NCBI RefSeq assembly: GCF_001194135.2
Contig: NC_068986.1
Span: forward strand, 40,499,668 to 40,534,985
Source of the DNA: Octopus bimaculoides
Lineage: Eukaryota
Reading direction: 5' to 3'
DNA length: 35,318 nt
Positions within the stretch are counted from its first letter, which is position 1; the number at the start of each line of letters is the position of its first letter. The notes beneath the pieces were generated by a model. It searched no databases, was not told the origin of the DNA, and saw nothing but the letters and a program-made list of their open reading frames with translations. The position numbers were made by a program, and so were the translations under genes. Below are positions 34,136-35,318 of this stretch, piece after piece.

Positions 34136-35084
34136 AAATATATTTCTGTCTATTTGTATTTATATCTATAATTACATCTTCTTGTCTGTATTTACATCTA
34201 TATCCATATCTATTTATCTAGTTATGTATCTATATTTATCTATCTGCCTATATATATGTCTACACACACACACACACACACATACACTTTATATTTTCAA
34301 TAATGAGCTGCACAGGCATCTGAATTTGATGTGCTGTAGTAATGGCATAGATTGCTATAGTATCACCCATACTGATAAAAAAAAACTATTACTTTATGCA
34401 ACACAAGGTCAATGTCAGCTCCACTTGTAATAAGTCTGTCTAGTATTCTCTGTGCAATGTTGTTTTTATTAACCTTATAATATATCTGCAGACTTTGAAG
34501 TTAATCTGCTTGAACAATATCTTTAAGTATCAATTTTTTTTTTTAACTTAAGAAAAATCTCACAGCTCTCTTTATTCTAGCTAAATTAGCTAGATTTAAT
34601 TACTTAATTGGGATTTCACAGATTATCAGTTTATATTAGCAATGACATTGAGCTTTTTCAACGGACAGTTCATGCAGTTTTTCTTTCTTATTTTTATTAT
34701 TTATTTATTTATTTATTTACTTCATTTTTGGCAGGGTCAAATCATCTGTTCTTAAAAATAGAAAAAGATTAAGAGAGTTAACCTCACAATAAAACACAAG
34801 AATTTGGTTTATCAGATGAGATGGAATTATGTTTCCTCCCATTTCAATGATTAGGATTTATTAATTTCACCAAATCACATCAACACTGTCTGTCTCTGTT
34901 GATAATTAGTGTGATAATTAGTTTCATAATTAGTTTGTAGTTTCATTGGTTTCTAGAGGAATTAAGCTATGTATAAATTTGCTGAAATCTTTCTAACACT
35001 TCAGCGAATGTCATCCAGATTAAACCTCACTCAAGTAACAGTTGTCTGTTTTGAGAGAGAATAGATTTCACACACACGCATATA

Positions 35085-35100
35085 TGTAGATATGTATGTG

Positions 35101-35131
<31 letters not shown>

Positions 35132-35213
35132 CATCATCATCATCATCATCATCGTTTAACGTCCGCTTTCCATGCTAGCATGGGTTATATATATATACAT
35201 ATATATATATATA

Positions 35214-35246
<33 letters not shown>

Positions 35247-35318
35247 ATATATGTATGTATGTGTATATATATATATCATCATCATCATCATCATCATCGT
35301 TTAACGTCCGCTTTCCAT
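35085..35318 (-). repeat. Two consecutive SINE C tail ends, each preceded by TA/TG microsatellite
   Basis: (cat)n-cgtttaacgtccgctttccat at 35153 and 35298. Confidence 0.9.

Overview
AT-rich eukaryotic, repeat-dense sequence with five N gaps. The microsatellite load and the particular SINE/MITE families point to an octopus genome; this is my recall of those repeats, not a database result. I could not identify a host protein-coding gene, rRNA, true tRNA or CRISPR array. Nearly all listed ORFs are microsatellite or low-complexity translations. The recognisable protein-like sequence is transposon debris: a mariner DD34D catalytic region (28.8-29.5 kb), a maT/DD37D-like N-terminus (6.2-6.8 kb), an apparent maT-mariner chimera (11.3-12.0 kb), two RTE-group LINE 3' ends (14.2-14.8 and 17.8-18.0 kb), a CRE-type restriction-like endonuclease remnant (15.6-15.9 kb) and a possible gag zinc knuckle (about 32 kb). 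The rest is dozens of SINE copies (my labels A-F), TTAA-flanked MITEs and simple repeats. The most notable observations are the in-frame chimeric Tc1/mariner element with two different ends, a four-layer nested insertion stack, modular head/core/tail swapping among SINEs, inverted SINE pairs and a 77-nt non-repeat hairpin. I see no strong evidence for a new biological system. Repeat boundaries are read by eye and approximate unless stated as exact.
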